From the NCBI GenBank assembly GCA_016748015.1, contig JAAOMT010000474.1, positions 54,910-118,909 of the forward strand: a DNA stretch of 64,000 nucleotides. Direction: 5' to 3'. The notes beneath the pieces were generated by a model, which saw only the letters and a program-made list of their open reading frames with translations, had not been told where the DNA came from and searched no databases. A program made the position numbers and the translations under genes. The DNA comes from Geosiphon pyriformis uo1. Lineage: Eukaryota; Fungi; Glomeromycota. Of the stretch, positions 41,233-54,812 are shown piece by piece; position 1 is the stretch's first letter; the number at the start of each line of letters is the position of its first letter.

Positions 41233-43549
41233 TGTTATTTATAAAATATAGAAATTATATATTAGTATACAAATTAGCCAATCAGAATAAGATGCAGTAA
41301 AAGTGGAATTTTAGAATTCCAGAATTACAGGATTCTAGTATAAAAAATTGTAGGATTCTAGAATTCCAGAATTTCTCTCAAGGAATTACAGGATTTCAGA
41401 AATTCTAAAATTTCTGGCTAGAAAATTGAGGAATTTAAGGAATCTCATATAATAAAATTTATGTATATATAATAATAGCATTGGAAATAAAAAAGACAGA
41501 ATTTTTAGTTTAGAACATCCAGTTTTAATTTTCCATCCATTTTTTCATACAATAATATTCTATGACTTGAAATAAAAACATCAAATATTAATAAAATACT
41601 TATTATTATTACAATCTATCTTTTTGCTGTCAACAAATTTATGTTAATAATTACTAATACTTAAATATACTGGACTAATAACTTTTGATCATGGCTTTTA
41701 ATGAAATACTAACTTTTTTTGTCTTGAATTATTTCTTTATTTTTTTTTCTTTATTTTTTTTAATTTTTTTTTTCATTGTTAATTTACTAATTGATTAAAA
41801 AGGATTAATATGTAGAGTACTAATGTTAAGATATAGTATTGGTAAAAGACCCAGAAATAAGAATAAATACTCAGAATTGAAAATAGCTTACTAGGAGATT
41901 ACTAGCCACCAAGCTGAGAAAAAAATTAATAAAATTGTAATTCTGGAAGACTACTGAAAACAAATATTAAATCTTTGTTCATTATACAAAAGACTTCACC
42001 AAAATCTTCAGATACAAAAATTTTCAAAAATTACCAACAATATTAGCCATTGAACACCAAATTACAGATTTGTTATTTGATTTGAGACCCCAAATAATCA
42101 TCTGTAACATTTGGTGCTCCTTGTGAAGTATAAATTTACAGAAAACCAGCACCAATAACAACTATTCAAAAGTGGCAGAATCTGAAAGAAAAAAAACAAA
42201 CCATCTAAAATTTGCCAAATTTTTATTTTAACACTACTGTCAACATTTGAGATTAACCAACAACCAACTATTCACAAAATCAGTCTTCAACTTTTACATC
42301 AACAAAAGAATTAAATATTTTTTGGGAGAACTAGTAAATACCAAATCAACAAGTGAAAATTTTTACAATAAATTAATTCAATACACCAGCTTACCAGTAA
42401 CTCATAATTTTGTTTTAATTATTATTAAAATCAACAGGAAAATTAAAAATCACATCCAATAAACATTTCCTATTACCTATACAGAAAAAGACAAAAAAAA
42501 ACTACAAACACCAACAGAAACCCCAAAGCAAATACAATTACCTACTTGAAAAAAACAAAAAATTGATTTATCTACTAATCTATCATATCATTATACACTC
42601 AGAAGTATCATCAATATAACATCAATAGGCATGTTCACAGCAAATATAACAACACCACTAAACAGAATTCTGTTTCAAAAAAAGCAGAATTATTAGAAAC
42701 CTATAATGATTATTTTAAAGGATTTAAATCATGATCACCAATGCCATTAGGATTTTGATTACCATCACCTTAACCAAATTTCAGAACTGCTAGTTTCTGG
42801 GAAGTAACAAAATCAGAAGAAAAAAAAGACAAAGATCAGGAATTTAATTATCAAAACATGATTTTGGAAAACCCAGAAATACAAACCCCAATCATTCCAA
42901 CTCAGAAAAATCAGAACAATCCAAACACTGCTCTTATTGTTCTCTACAACTTATCTCCAGTAATTGTGATCAATCCACTATCAATTATATTAATTGCCAA
43001 ACAACAATAACAGCCACAACTACTATCTTGGCAACTATTTCAACAACAACCACAACCACAATAACAACCATCATTATTAGCACTGATGGTCTATGCTCTA
43101 ATTGCCAAATTCAAAAAATTTACCAACAAAAAAGATAATGCTTAAGTATGGCTCAATAATGTGGAAAAAGCCATTACAGCCAATAGATAAAATAACACCA
43201 GAGCATTACAGACAATTTTATATTTTCTTTAAAATATTGCCAATTCATGATATCAAAGTCTGATCCAGAAACCCCAAGACTTCAAAGCATTTAAAATTGA
43301 ATTTTTGAGATATTTTAGTAATAACCATAGCATTAATTGCCTAGCAAATACTTTTACAATCATTAAATAAAGAAATACTGAAGCAGTTACCACTTACCTA
43401 GAACACTTCCATTGTAATCTATGCTAAATTCAAGCCATAGATACCAATTATTTTACAGTAGTGCAAATTTTAAATCAGATTATTTGCAAACTATACAATA
43501 GCATTTTACAATATGTACACTTATTATATCCGATCACCTTTTAAGCTGC
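41233..43549 (+). mobile_element. Ty3/gypsy element D, left part (5' LTR 41233-42109, PBS 42110-42128, gag 42172-43549)
   Basis: TGTTA...CTGTAACA, PBS TTTGGTGCTCCTTGTGAAG, gag homologous to A and B, cut by LTR E. Confidence 0.9.
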
Positions 43550-44158
43550 TGTTATAGGTAATTATTTGGGATTTCAAATCAAATAACAAATTTGTAACTT
43601 GGTACTTAATAGCTAAACTAATTGGTAATTTTTGAAGGTTTTCATATCTGAAGATTTTCATATCTGAAGGTTTTGGTAAAGTCTTTTGTATAATAAACAG
43701 AGATTCAATAGTTGTTTTCAGTAGCCTTTTGAAATCACAATTCTGTCAATTTTTTTTGGCTTGGTAGCTGGCAATTTTTTAGTAAGCTATTATCAATTCT
43801 GAGTATCTATTCTTATATCTGAGTCTTTTACTAATACTATATCCTGATATTAGTATCCTATGTATTAATTCTTTTTAATCAATTAGTAAATTAATAATAA
43901 AGAAAAAAAATAAAATAAAATAAAAAAAATAAAATAAAAAAATAAGCCAAAACAAGAAAAGTTAGTATTTTGTTAATAGCCATAATTAAAAGCTATTGGT
44001 CCAGTATAATTAAGTGTTGGTTATTATTAACATAAGTTGTTGATAACAAAAAAATAAATTATAATAATAACAAGTATTTTATTAATATTTTATGTTTCTA
44101 TTTCAAGTCTTAAAATACTATTGTATAAAAAAATAAATGTGAAATTAGAACTGGGCAT
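43550..44158 (-). mobile_element. LTR E (D-like family, inverted) inserted in D gag and interrupted by F
   Basis: Starts TGTTATAGG and its reverse complement aligns to about 41518-42109. Whether it is a solo LTR or the 3' LTR of a full element cannot be told here. Confidence 0.85.
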
Positions 44159-47100
44159 TGTTACTTGAGTAGAAAATTAATCCAAAGTTATGAAAAAATG
44201 TGACCAAAAAAAAAAATGTAACATAAAACAAAATAGTGTACAATAGCACAGAATAATATATTATAATGTAGAATAATATAGAATAACATGTAATAACACC
44301 AAATAATGTGTTATATTATAAAATAACTAAAGATAATATTGAAAAATGAAACAATAACAAAAATAGCAAAGCAATAGCTAGCAATAGCAAAACAATAGAA
44401 AGCAATTCTATAAAACCAAAAGAATGTATAAAAACAAGTAGTTATAGAAGTTGGAAAAAACAGACAGTTAGATAGTAATCAATTTTATTTTGTATTATAT
44501 TTATTATATTCTATACCCATATTTCAAAATGCAATAATTATTAAAAAAACAAATCCAAATTACCAATGCATGTTTTCCAGTCTTGCAGATTTTAATTGAG
44601 ATTAAAATCAGTGTTTTCTATCTTTTGTTTTAGGACATATGCCATTAGCATAAACATCTTAAACCATTAATAACATAAACCAATCACTCTTGATTATAAC
44701 AATTGACAGGAATTAACTCTTTTCTTTTCTTTTTTTCCTTTTTTTGGTGGAGTGGCAATATAGAAAAATTGATTGTCTGGGAATAGACTTTGTAATAGCC
44801 TGGTAAAAAAAGGAAGCTTCCCCTAGGTTTTGGATATTAACATTATTTTGATAGCTTATCAGAAAGACAAAAAAACAATACTAGACCTTAACAACTGTGC
44901 TTATTAGCTCAGAAAGAATAACTCACATTTACAAACAAATTACAATCAAGAAATCTAAAACTCTGTGCCTTATAACCAAAAAATTCAACAGGTAAATTCA
45001 CATTTAGGAATAGATCTTCAAAAACTAATAACAATGATACTGTCAAGAATATACCACTTAAAAATTACTAAATTAGAGCACCAAACATTACTACCATACT
45101 CTACCAAGTTTACTCATAACATTTAGTGCTCCCTATGAAGTTATAAAATCCACAGAGACAGAGCACTTCCAATATTTACAAAAATGATGACTATTAAAAC
45201 AGTAAGAAAGGACCACTCTCCATATAAAAAAGCATTATTTTAATATTTGCAAGAAAACCTAGGAATACCAGCCAAAACCACTATTACAGAAAGTGATTTT
45301 TGTAACTATATCAATGTGAAAATTGACTGCTTATTAGACCAGTTGACAGATACAAGAAAGCTTGATAAACAGATCTACCACAAATTATTAGGATACTTAA
45401 CAAATATCATGACACAAACCATCACTGAAACTCTTCACATAATTGATATGGACATTAAACATTATGTGGAAAAACGTTTCCCTCAAGTAAACTAACCAGG
45501 AGAATTAGACTCTGAAAAAAACAAGTTCAAATTCAATCCAACAACCAGAAAAGAACAAGTCAAGTCTATGATCACCAAGAAACCAAGGATTCTCTCCCCA
45601 ACAACTCCATCATATTATTAGATACTCCAAAGTAGAATTGTATTCAATCCACTTCTGGAAACCCAGTCAAAAATACTACAAACTCCTGAAAATTTACACT
45701 CTTGAAATTACCACAGTTGAACCAAATTCCTAGGAGAATATGAATTGTTGTTTGGAAATCTGACCTCCACAATTTGTAAAACTAATAAGAATACATCAAC
45801 TTAGAAACCACTAACAGCACAAACTTCAGTAGAATCAGCAACTTTTTCTATAAAAAGAACAGCTATTTCTTAACTTATTGGTTCTAATAACAAAAAAAAA
45901 CAACCAGAACTAAAACCAAGAGAACTCTCTAACATGCAAACATCAATTCCCTCAAACCCTCTACCCATCAACCAGACTATGGCTTACCAAGATATCACAA
46001 AATTGGAAAGATTTTCTGGTGAAGAAAACAATGCATACTTGTGGATTGCAGAAGCTAAGAAAGCAATTACTGTTAACAATTGAGATAATAACAGAGCTAT
46101 CTAAGTGCTGCCATTCTTTCTAACAGAAACTGCAGACTTGTGGTATCAAAGTTTGACAGAAAAGCCAACCAACTTTGCCACTTTCAAGCTTGTCTTTCTA
46201 TGATATTTTTGTGACTCTAATACTCTAATCAGATTACAGAATCAGTTCAGTATCATAAAACAAAAAGATTATGAAACAATGACCACTTATTTTGGATGAT
46301 TTAATCAAATGCTTTGTCAAATACAGGTCATTAAAAAAGACTATTATACTACAGTACAAGTTCTTAACCAATTCATCAAGGGGTAAAGAAGTAGTATCCT
46401 AAGATCCATAAGACTCTAATATCTAACAAATCTGCAAGACACTGTTATCTTGGCATGCAATTTTGAATTAGCCAAACAAAAAGCTAATCATACTCAAGCT
46501 GTTAACTTAGCCATTAATAAAATCTCTGACATGAATACAAAAATAACTTAATTAAGTAAGAAATTAATTCAGAAAATTGAGGAATTTTTAGCCAGTACAA
46601 TAGAAACCTATCAACTACCTTAGAGAAGAGAAAATAATAACAGCAGCAAATATTCACAGTAACAGAACCACCAACAATAACAACAACCTTGGAGAACCAA
46701 TTCTCATAATTGCTATTATTGCTAAAAATCTGAACATATTGTCTGGAATTGCCAACAGAAATTAGCAGACCAGAATTGGAAAAATTAATATTAACAACCA
46801 AGATATCTCCAGGCCAGAAAATCCCAATATTTTGAGTCTTAATATCTACTGCCTTTATACTCACAACCACTCATGTATAACTAGTAACTGCCTTAGAACT
46901 ATTATTAGCTATTGCAGCCAGTAGCTCAAGTAGCACTCTATTATCAAAACTCTGATTATAACCAACCTAGATCTTATGCAATAGATTACAACCAAGGATG
47001 GAGGAACTCTAGCAACAATCAGATGCAAACAAACAGTGGACCAGCACAACTCATGAATTGTGGTCATGTCTCATCTCAACCTATACCATCCGAATATTTG

Positions 47101-49777
47101 AATCAAGCCTCTTATCTTGGTCTTAACAAAACCCAGAATTTTGATAGCTCTATACCTTTAAAAAAAAAGGAGATAGAAGAAATTTCTAACTCTTTGAGTT
47201 AAACACTTACTATTATTATGAAAGACACCACCCTTGTCATTATCTTTCCTTTTGACATAGATAATATAAATACCTCTAGTTTTTTTAGTAGAGCTGCCAT
47301 TAACTAGAATAAATCTATAATGGCACTATACACTAATACTAAAGTTAGAAACATAGACATTAAATTAATCCTCAATAGTAGATTAGCAAGTAGTATAATT
47401 ATGAAACAATTTATAAATCAATTAAGTCAATGAGTAAACCATACAGTGACTGCTCAAATCATTACTGCAAATAGCAATACCAAGACTTCTATTGGAGAAA
47501 TTGATAATTTCCTCTTCAAGATTAATAGAATCCAAATTCTTACTAAAGTTCTGGTCATAAAAGCCACACAATATTAAGTCCTTGTCAGAAATGACTGATT
47601 AGCCAAAGCTTATGCTATTCTTAATTGGAATATGCAAAAACTGCAGATCACCTATAATAAACAACACACCTAAGTTCTGGCTACGTGTAAACACTTCAAA
47701 GCCCAGAGTCTAAAGCCACTACTAATAGAATTCGAAGAAACAACCCTATCATTAACAATAAAAACATACCAAGTTTCTTAGACAGATGACTTCCAAATAG
47801 AGTTACCACTACCACCACCTGAGAAGAAAAAAAAAAGAAAGAGCCAAAGAAGAATTTCTATTATTATCATTAGATCATTTAGCTTTAAGTCAAAAAAAAT
47901 CTATTTTATTGACCTCCAAAGCTAATTTGTGTTGATTATAAGAAGAAGTTATCCTCCATGAGTACATATATAGAAGACAATAAAGAATGGCCAACTGCCA
48001 CAAAATACTATTGCAAACTATGTATACTGAAAAGATTTGGAAGACCAAAATGACAAAACAAATAGAACAATACACTATGTTTTGTTTGTGATAGAATCCT
48101 GCCAGATGAAGAGTTCTGGAATGATGTACCTAGCAGAGGAGAAATGTGTAACAAAGTATGTTAATACACCATTTTAATCAATGATTGGATATAAAAAAAA
48201 ACTCTGATCAAGATCACTTGGTAACAAGCACTGAATAAATTGAATAGCTACCCACACAATGAACATAAAATATGGAGAATGGCAAGTGCCAAGGCTAAAG
48301 AGACCACATTTAGTGAAATACAAAAAATCAAAAAAAATCTGTTTGTACCTGAATACGAGGGACCCAATTATATCACTGAAAATTTTTTTACTGATGACCC
48401 AGACACATTTCAGAATTGATATTAAGAATTAGCCCTGACCCAAAAAGAACAAGAGCAAAGATTAGCCAACTTGAATACTAAACTGTATGATCACTGTTTA
48501 ATTCCCTGTCACTTCCAGTACTGTGACAAATGTGATTTTATGTTCAATCTGTCTCCAAAAATACTGTTCCCAATTATTAAACTATCTGAGCCCAAGAAAA
48601 AAAAGAAATTAATTACTGAGGACATATTGTTTCAAGAGTCACCTAAGGCTGCCAAAACAGAACAGTATCTTGTATATCCTGATCTCTCCAAAAAATTAGA
48701 ATTGAAATGGTACAGTGATAATAATAAAAGAATTTGACCCAAAAGAGCACATGAAACTGATGCTGGCTTCAACTTATAATACCTAAGACAATCACTCATA
48801 GTTATAGCCCTATACTCTCTAATAAAAGTAAATCTCAAAATGGCACTAGAAATTTCAATTAGTATGATAATACAAGTTGTCTCTCAATCTAGCTTAGCAA
48901 AAAAAGGAATCAATGTAAAAGGAGAAATCATTGATGCCAGTTATATGGGAAACATTATCATAATGTTATAGAACAATTTGAATAAATCCTACAAAATAGA
49001 ATTACATAAAAAAATAGCCCAAGCTATTTTTCTGCTCTTAATTAAAATATCACAATTAGTTCTAGTCACTATTTGTGAAGAGTTAGGTCTTACTATTAAA
49101 GGAATTAATGAATTTGGATTAAGTAGAAGAAAAAACATACTGGTCAATTTCATGGAGAAGAACAGTAACAAAATAGAACTTATCTATATTGATACTGTTA
49201 TTTTCATTCCTTTGTACTGACAATATGTTCTTAAAGTGAACCAAAAAATTCAAAATCAAGCTCTGTTATTCAAAATAAATTCTGAAATCTGTTCCCTAGC
49301 TGACATCGCTAACTTATACCTACTTGCAATGACTCATAAACACTTTAAAATTCCCATCTACAATCTGACTGAAGACATCATAAAAATTCCAGAGGGAACT
49401 TTCATTAGTTCTATATCTCCAAATATTCAGAATTCAGAAAAACTTTAGCCCATTCCAGATTTCATGCAATTGTTCTTGTTCTGTAATATTATCTTACAAG
49501 TATGGAATTTGCCAAAAAAAAGTTACTTGTTTACACTAGAGAAAATTAATAAATTGAATTTAGGAAACTTAAGTACTCTGTAACAAATGCAACTTAAAGT
49601 TCTTCTAAATTAGTATGTTGATGTTTTTGCCAGCAAAAATAAGTTTAAACATACAGACATTATAAAACACCAAATCAATACAGAAAATGCTTGATCTATT
49701 AAGCAACAAACTTACTGAATACTCTCATTTGGTGATAATCTAATTAAGGAAAAAGTACAACAGATGCTATATAATGG
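44159..49777 (+). mobile_element. Ty3/gypsy element F, left part (5' LTR 44159-45121, PBS 45122-45140)
   Basis: TGTTACTT...CATAACA, PBS TTTAGTGCTCCCTATGAAG, coding remnants up to the start of RT, cut by G. Confidence 0.9.
45184..49777 (+). pseudogene. gag-pol: Element F gag-pol: gag, protease (about 47320-47700), Cys-rich domain (about 47920-48560), dUTPase (about 48735-49130), RT start
   Basis: LERFSGEENNAYLW, DHCLIPCHFQYCDKC, AHETDAGFNL, IIDASYMG, KIAQAIF, IKQQTY. Confidence 0.87.
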
Positions 49778-50555
49778 TGTTACAAGTGATTATTTGGGGT
49801 CTTAAATCAAATAACAAACTTATAACTTGGTGGTCAAAAGCTATGTATGTCAATGATGATCTGAAGATTTTGGTTGATAAGTCTTTTGTATAATAGACAG
49901 AGATTCAATAGTGATAGTATTGGTAATTTCTTTTTAGTTGTTTCCCAATTTTTTTCTCAGCTTGGTGGCCAGATTTATTCTGGTAGTTGTGCCCTTCTGG
50001 TAAGCTATTGGTTAATATATATATAATGTTACTCTTATTTCTGGATCTTTTACCAGGCTATTCATAACATCAATAACTTAGTGCTTTAATCTCTTAATCA
50101 ATTAGTATATAACAACAAAATCAAAGAAAAAAAAAGAAAAGAAAATAAAAAAAATAAAATAAATTAAGCCAAGGCAATAAACAAGTTAGTATTTCATCAA
50201 TAGCCATGATCAAGAGCTATTGTTCCAGTGTGGTTAAGTATTAGTAACTATCAATATAAAATATTAATAGTGGAAGTGGATTGGAGATAACAAATAGTTA
50301 TTTATTAGATGATTGTAATTTTGAAGATTGTTTAGATCAAATCTAAACTGAGAGATTTGTCTTTTTTGTTTCTAATGCTATTACTATATATACATAATTT
50401 GGGTTCTATAAGATTACTTATATTCTCGAGTAATGTGTTATAATTTCTCAAGCAATATGTTTACATGGATTACTACTACTTTCTTATTGGTCTATCTGTT
50501 TTTTCTATTATTTCTTGTATGCTTTTTCTTATGAGTAATATTATCTTCTTTTTTT

Positions 50556-51188
50556 AATATTGAGCTCCATCAAAATTTTCATTTTAAATTAGCTCTAATA
50601 CTTTTTTTTTAAGTATTGTTTGTTTAACTCTATTTTTTATGTCTTCTACTTATGCATTGTTTATTCTTCTCCATTGGTTAATGGTTATAGTTTCCATATC
50701 AGAATATAACAGTATTTTTGAATAGTTCTGAAATATGTTGTGTAATTGGTAAATTGTTCTCACACGTAGTGTTGAGTTTGTTTTTTTTCCAATAAATTCT
50801 TCAATTTGTTGTATTATGTTGTGGTTGAATATTTTTTTGGATTTGTTAATATACAACTTCTGAATATTCAACTTTTGATCTAATTGATAGTAGCAGTATG
50901 ATATTAGAAGTTGTTTTGTCTATTGCTTCCAATTTTTTTTGTAAGCTCTTCTGTTAGTGCCATAATAGGTATTTTCTCAAACATGTTCTTTACTTTTTCT
51001 ATTAAGTTATCTGACCAGTTTTTATCCTTTTTTGGTAGCTGCTAATATGGTGTATTCTTTGTCTTTCTTTTGGTGTTTTGATAGCAAATTGTTTGGTTGT
51101 TAATGACAATTTCCATGTTTAACTGTTGTTAACTTAAAGCCTAAAACAATTGTTGAGTTATAGTGTAAATATGATCTAGTATCTCCAT
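50556..51188 (-). pseudogene. Element G accessory ORF3
   Basis: Contains ORF-track 50650-50871 (NIQKLYINKSKKIFNHNIIQQIEEFIGKKTNSTLRVRTIYQLHNIF...). ATG at 51188. Confidence 0.72.
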
Positions 51189-51249
51189 TTTTCTTTGTTG
51201 TTTTTGTCATGTGTACTGTGTCTTTATATATTTTTTTATTTTCAATTTG

Positions 51250-54200
51250 ATGTGTTTGGTGCAATGATTATGATTGATTCCAGATTTCATGAGATCTCAT
51301 CTGATTGGACTAATATTTGTTATACTCTCAATTGTAGAATACTACTGGTTGATGATGATGCTATATTGTGGTATGGTTTTAGTCAATCACCATGTGCTGC
51401 TTTGGTTAAAATTTTGTTGTTCAACCTTAATTTATAAGCTTTATTTCCTAAAATTTTTTTTATGTAAAATGATCTATTCTATTTGGGGTCAAATTTTCCA
51501 CTCTATTGTTTTTCTGCTTTGGTACAATATAGAAGTACTTTGTTTTCAATCCTAAATTCAACTGGTTTATTTGATAATTTGTTATTATGTCTTTTTTTCT
51601 GTTTTTTTTGTGACTTTTGAATATTATCAGCTGCTTTTTGTCATTTATTTTCTAGTGTTTCTATTAAGTTATACATTTTTCTCAATAATGTTTCCTAGAA
51701 ATTATCTTTTGTTATTGGTTTAGTTAGATATGTATTGACCTCTATCTCAACTGGTAATGTTGCTGTTCTATCATATACCAATTTAAATGGTGTTGCTTGT
51801 GTGGTATCTTGTTTTATTGTCCGATAAGCAAATAATACTGATAGTATAAATAAATCCCATTCATCTTGGTTTTTTTGGCTGATCTTGGCAATTGCTTCAC
51901 ACAATGTTCTATTGAATTTTTCTATTAATCTGTTGGTTTGTGGATAATATGGTGATGATAATGGTCTCTTTATTTCGAATCTTTGGCTTAATTCTGCCAA
52001 TGTTCTATTCACAAAATGAGTTTCTTGGTCTAATAATAATTTTTTTGAACATCCATGTTGACAAATCAGATTTTGATAGATGAATTTGGCAATGGATTCT
52101 GCATCTGCTCTTTGAATTGCTTTTGCTTCTGGCCATTTAGTGAGATAGTCCATGGCTACTGCAATATATTTGTTTCTTTTGCTGGTGATTGTTAATAGTC
52201 CAACTAAATCAATTCTAATACAATCAAATAGTTGTTCTACTTTGATTGGTTTTAATAATTTACTGGGTTTTGCTTCTTCTCTTCTTTGACAAGCATTACA
52301 ATTTTGCACATATCAGATGATATCTGGATACATTGATGGCCAATAGTATTTTTTTCTGGTTCTTTCTATTGTGAAAATGTCCTGTTGTTGGATCCAAGTG
52401 CATGTTAAACAGTATTGTTTCTTTTTCTGGCTCTGTAACTATTCTAGTTGGTTGATCTGGATCTTGTCTATTCTTCCAGTATAATATATTTTAATGGTTG
52501 ATAAAATATTTTGATTGTTGTTTAATGTTGTTTTGTTCTTTTTGAGATAATTTCTTCTTGAACTGTTAAGTATTTATATAATGTTGAAGTTGTTTATATT
52601 TTTGTGTGTTCATCTTTTGTTATATATTTTTGTTGTATTGTTCTGGTTTTGCTATATTTTTGGGTTGAAATATTTTTAGATTTGTTTTATTTGCAACAAA
52701 CCATTAGCATTTCTGTTGTTTTTTTCTTTTTTATAATGTATTGTGTAATTGAATAGTAATAGTGCTATTTTCTATCTTGCATGGCAATTGTCTGCAAACT
52801 TTTGTTTCTGAATTGAAGTCAATCCCTTGTGATCAGTGTATACTTCAAATTTCTGGCTCAAGTATTTCTTCCATTTTATAACTGCCCAATAGATTGTTAA
52901 GTGTTTTAATACTAGTGTTCTATAATTCATCTTAGCTGGAGTTAAATCTCAGCTGGCATATGCCACTGGGTGTTCTCTTCCATCTGGTCTTTTCTGCAAT
53001 AGTACTGCTCCCAATGCTTGACTTAATGCATCTGTTGTAATAATGAATGACTTATTGTAATCTAGATAGATTAGTACTGGAGCTTAAATAAGCTTTCTTC
53101 TTAAAATGTCAAAAGCTTCTTGCTGAGTTTCTGTCCATTTGTATTTTACATTCTTGGTTTGAAGATGATTGAATGGCTGAGTTATTTTAAAAAAGTTTTT
53201 AATGAAACATTGATAATAGCCTGCAAATCTCAAGAATAATTTTAATTTGGTCAAGTTGGTTGGTACTAGAATTTTCTTTACTATCTTTATCTTGTTTGGA
53301 TCTATTTTGATTCCATCTTTGCTCACAACATGTCCTAAGAATTTCAGTTTTGTTTTACTGAAAAAGCACTTGGTAGCATTTAACTTTAGTCTTACTTGTT
53401 ATAATCTTTTGAACACTTGTTGTAAATAATGGATGTAATCATTAAATGTTTTTGAGAATATGTTGGTATCATCCAAATACACGACTACTAATTTTCATAG
53501 CAGTCCAGTATATACAATTTCTATTAACTATTGGAATGTGACTGGTGCACTCATTAAACTGAATGGCATAACTTCAAACTCAAAATTTCTTTCTTTTGTG
53601 GTGAACACCATCTTTTTTTTGTCAGCTGGATTTATGACTACTTGCCAGTAACCACTATCCAAGTCTAATATTGAGAACCATTTCTTTCCACCAAAAGTGT
53701 CAAATAGTTTCTGAATCCATGAAGTTGAATAACTGTTTTCATGAGTTACTCCATTGAGCTTTCTATAATCCACACAAAAGCGAATTTTTTCATTCTTCTT
53801 ATAGACAAATACCACTGGTAATAACCATGGGCTCATTGATAGCTGAATTAACCCATTGTCAAGCATCCAATTGATTTCTTGACAAATAATTTCATGGCTT
53901 GTTGGTGGTACTCAGTATGCTCTTTGTTTGATTAACATCACATCTCCAGTTTTGATCTGATGTTGGATGATGTCAGTTCTGCCAAATTTATTTTCACTGG
54001 CAAAGATGTTATTGAAGTTGTTGAGTAACATCTTAAGTTGCATCCATTAAAGTGGATCCAAGTTTCTTATGTTTATTTGTTCCAATTATTTTGGTTAGAG
54101 CAAATAACATTCATTCTATCTGTAGATTGTTTGTGATGTGATGTTAACATATTCATACAGTTGTAGAAAGTCTGGAATAGAGTTTGGTAGTTGGTCTTTT

Positions 54201-54812
54201 ACTTCTGTGCTTAGATATCTGATAATAATTTCTTCTGGTATTTCTACAACATTTTCTGTGTTGTTGTAGATGAGAATTTTGATGTGATTATGGTTCTTGG
54301 CTGGCATGTGAAAATTGATGAGTCTAATTTTTTCTGATTCACAAATGGTTGGTTTGGCTTCAAAAATCTGCATTTGATTTTTCACTCTCTTATTTATCGT
54401 GTACATATACTGGTTATATGGTGGAATAGAAATTGATTAATGGATTGAAATAATTTCTTTTTTGTCAACAATTTTTTCCTCTGTCATATTGATTGGTACT
54501 TCTATTCTATCTGTTGATCCAAATCCCTATATCCCTTTTGCAGTAATCTCTAACTCTTCCCTATTTCTCACTGAAACTAATTGAGCTATTTTTACCAAAG
54601 ATAAGAATATTGTTTGTGCTATTTTTTCATTTGGCTCTATTATATAGGCTTTTGCTAAGTCATTTTGTAGCATAACAATAATATTTTCTATATATTCTGT
54701 GTTAATTATTCCTCCTCTGATATTTATCCTTTTTTTTGTTAAACTATTCCTAGATGCTAGTTGAACTATTGTTGTTGCTGAAATTTCCAGTGCTATTTTG
54801 AGATCTATGCAG
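51250..54812 (-). pseudogene. pol: Element G pol (dUTPase fragment, dUTPase-like segment, RT, RNase H, integrase)
   Basis: RFCVDYRKLN, LDLDSGYWQ, VYLDDT, TDALSQALGAVL, and integrase core DYLTKWPEA...EKFNRTL. Confidence 0.92.

Larger units (their letters stand above)
49778..54812 (-). mobile_element. Ty3/gypsy element G (B-like), 3' part: 3' LTR 49778-50540, ORF3, integrase, RNase H, RT, partial dUTPase
   Basis: TGTTACA...GAGTAATA LTR similar to B, PPT, integrase ORF 51695-52309, RT ORFs 53084-53866, cut inside dUTPase by H. Confidence 0.92.

Noticed and set aside
41233-44158. DNA transposon or DIRS-like element with long inverted termini (D LTR vs E)
   Set aside because: D has a normal PBS and gag, and E starts with an LTR terminus inside gag. 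An inverted same-family insertion is simpler, and no transposase or tyrosine recombinase is seen.
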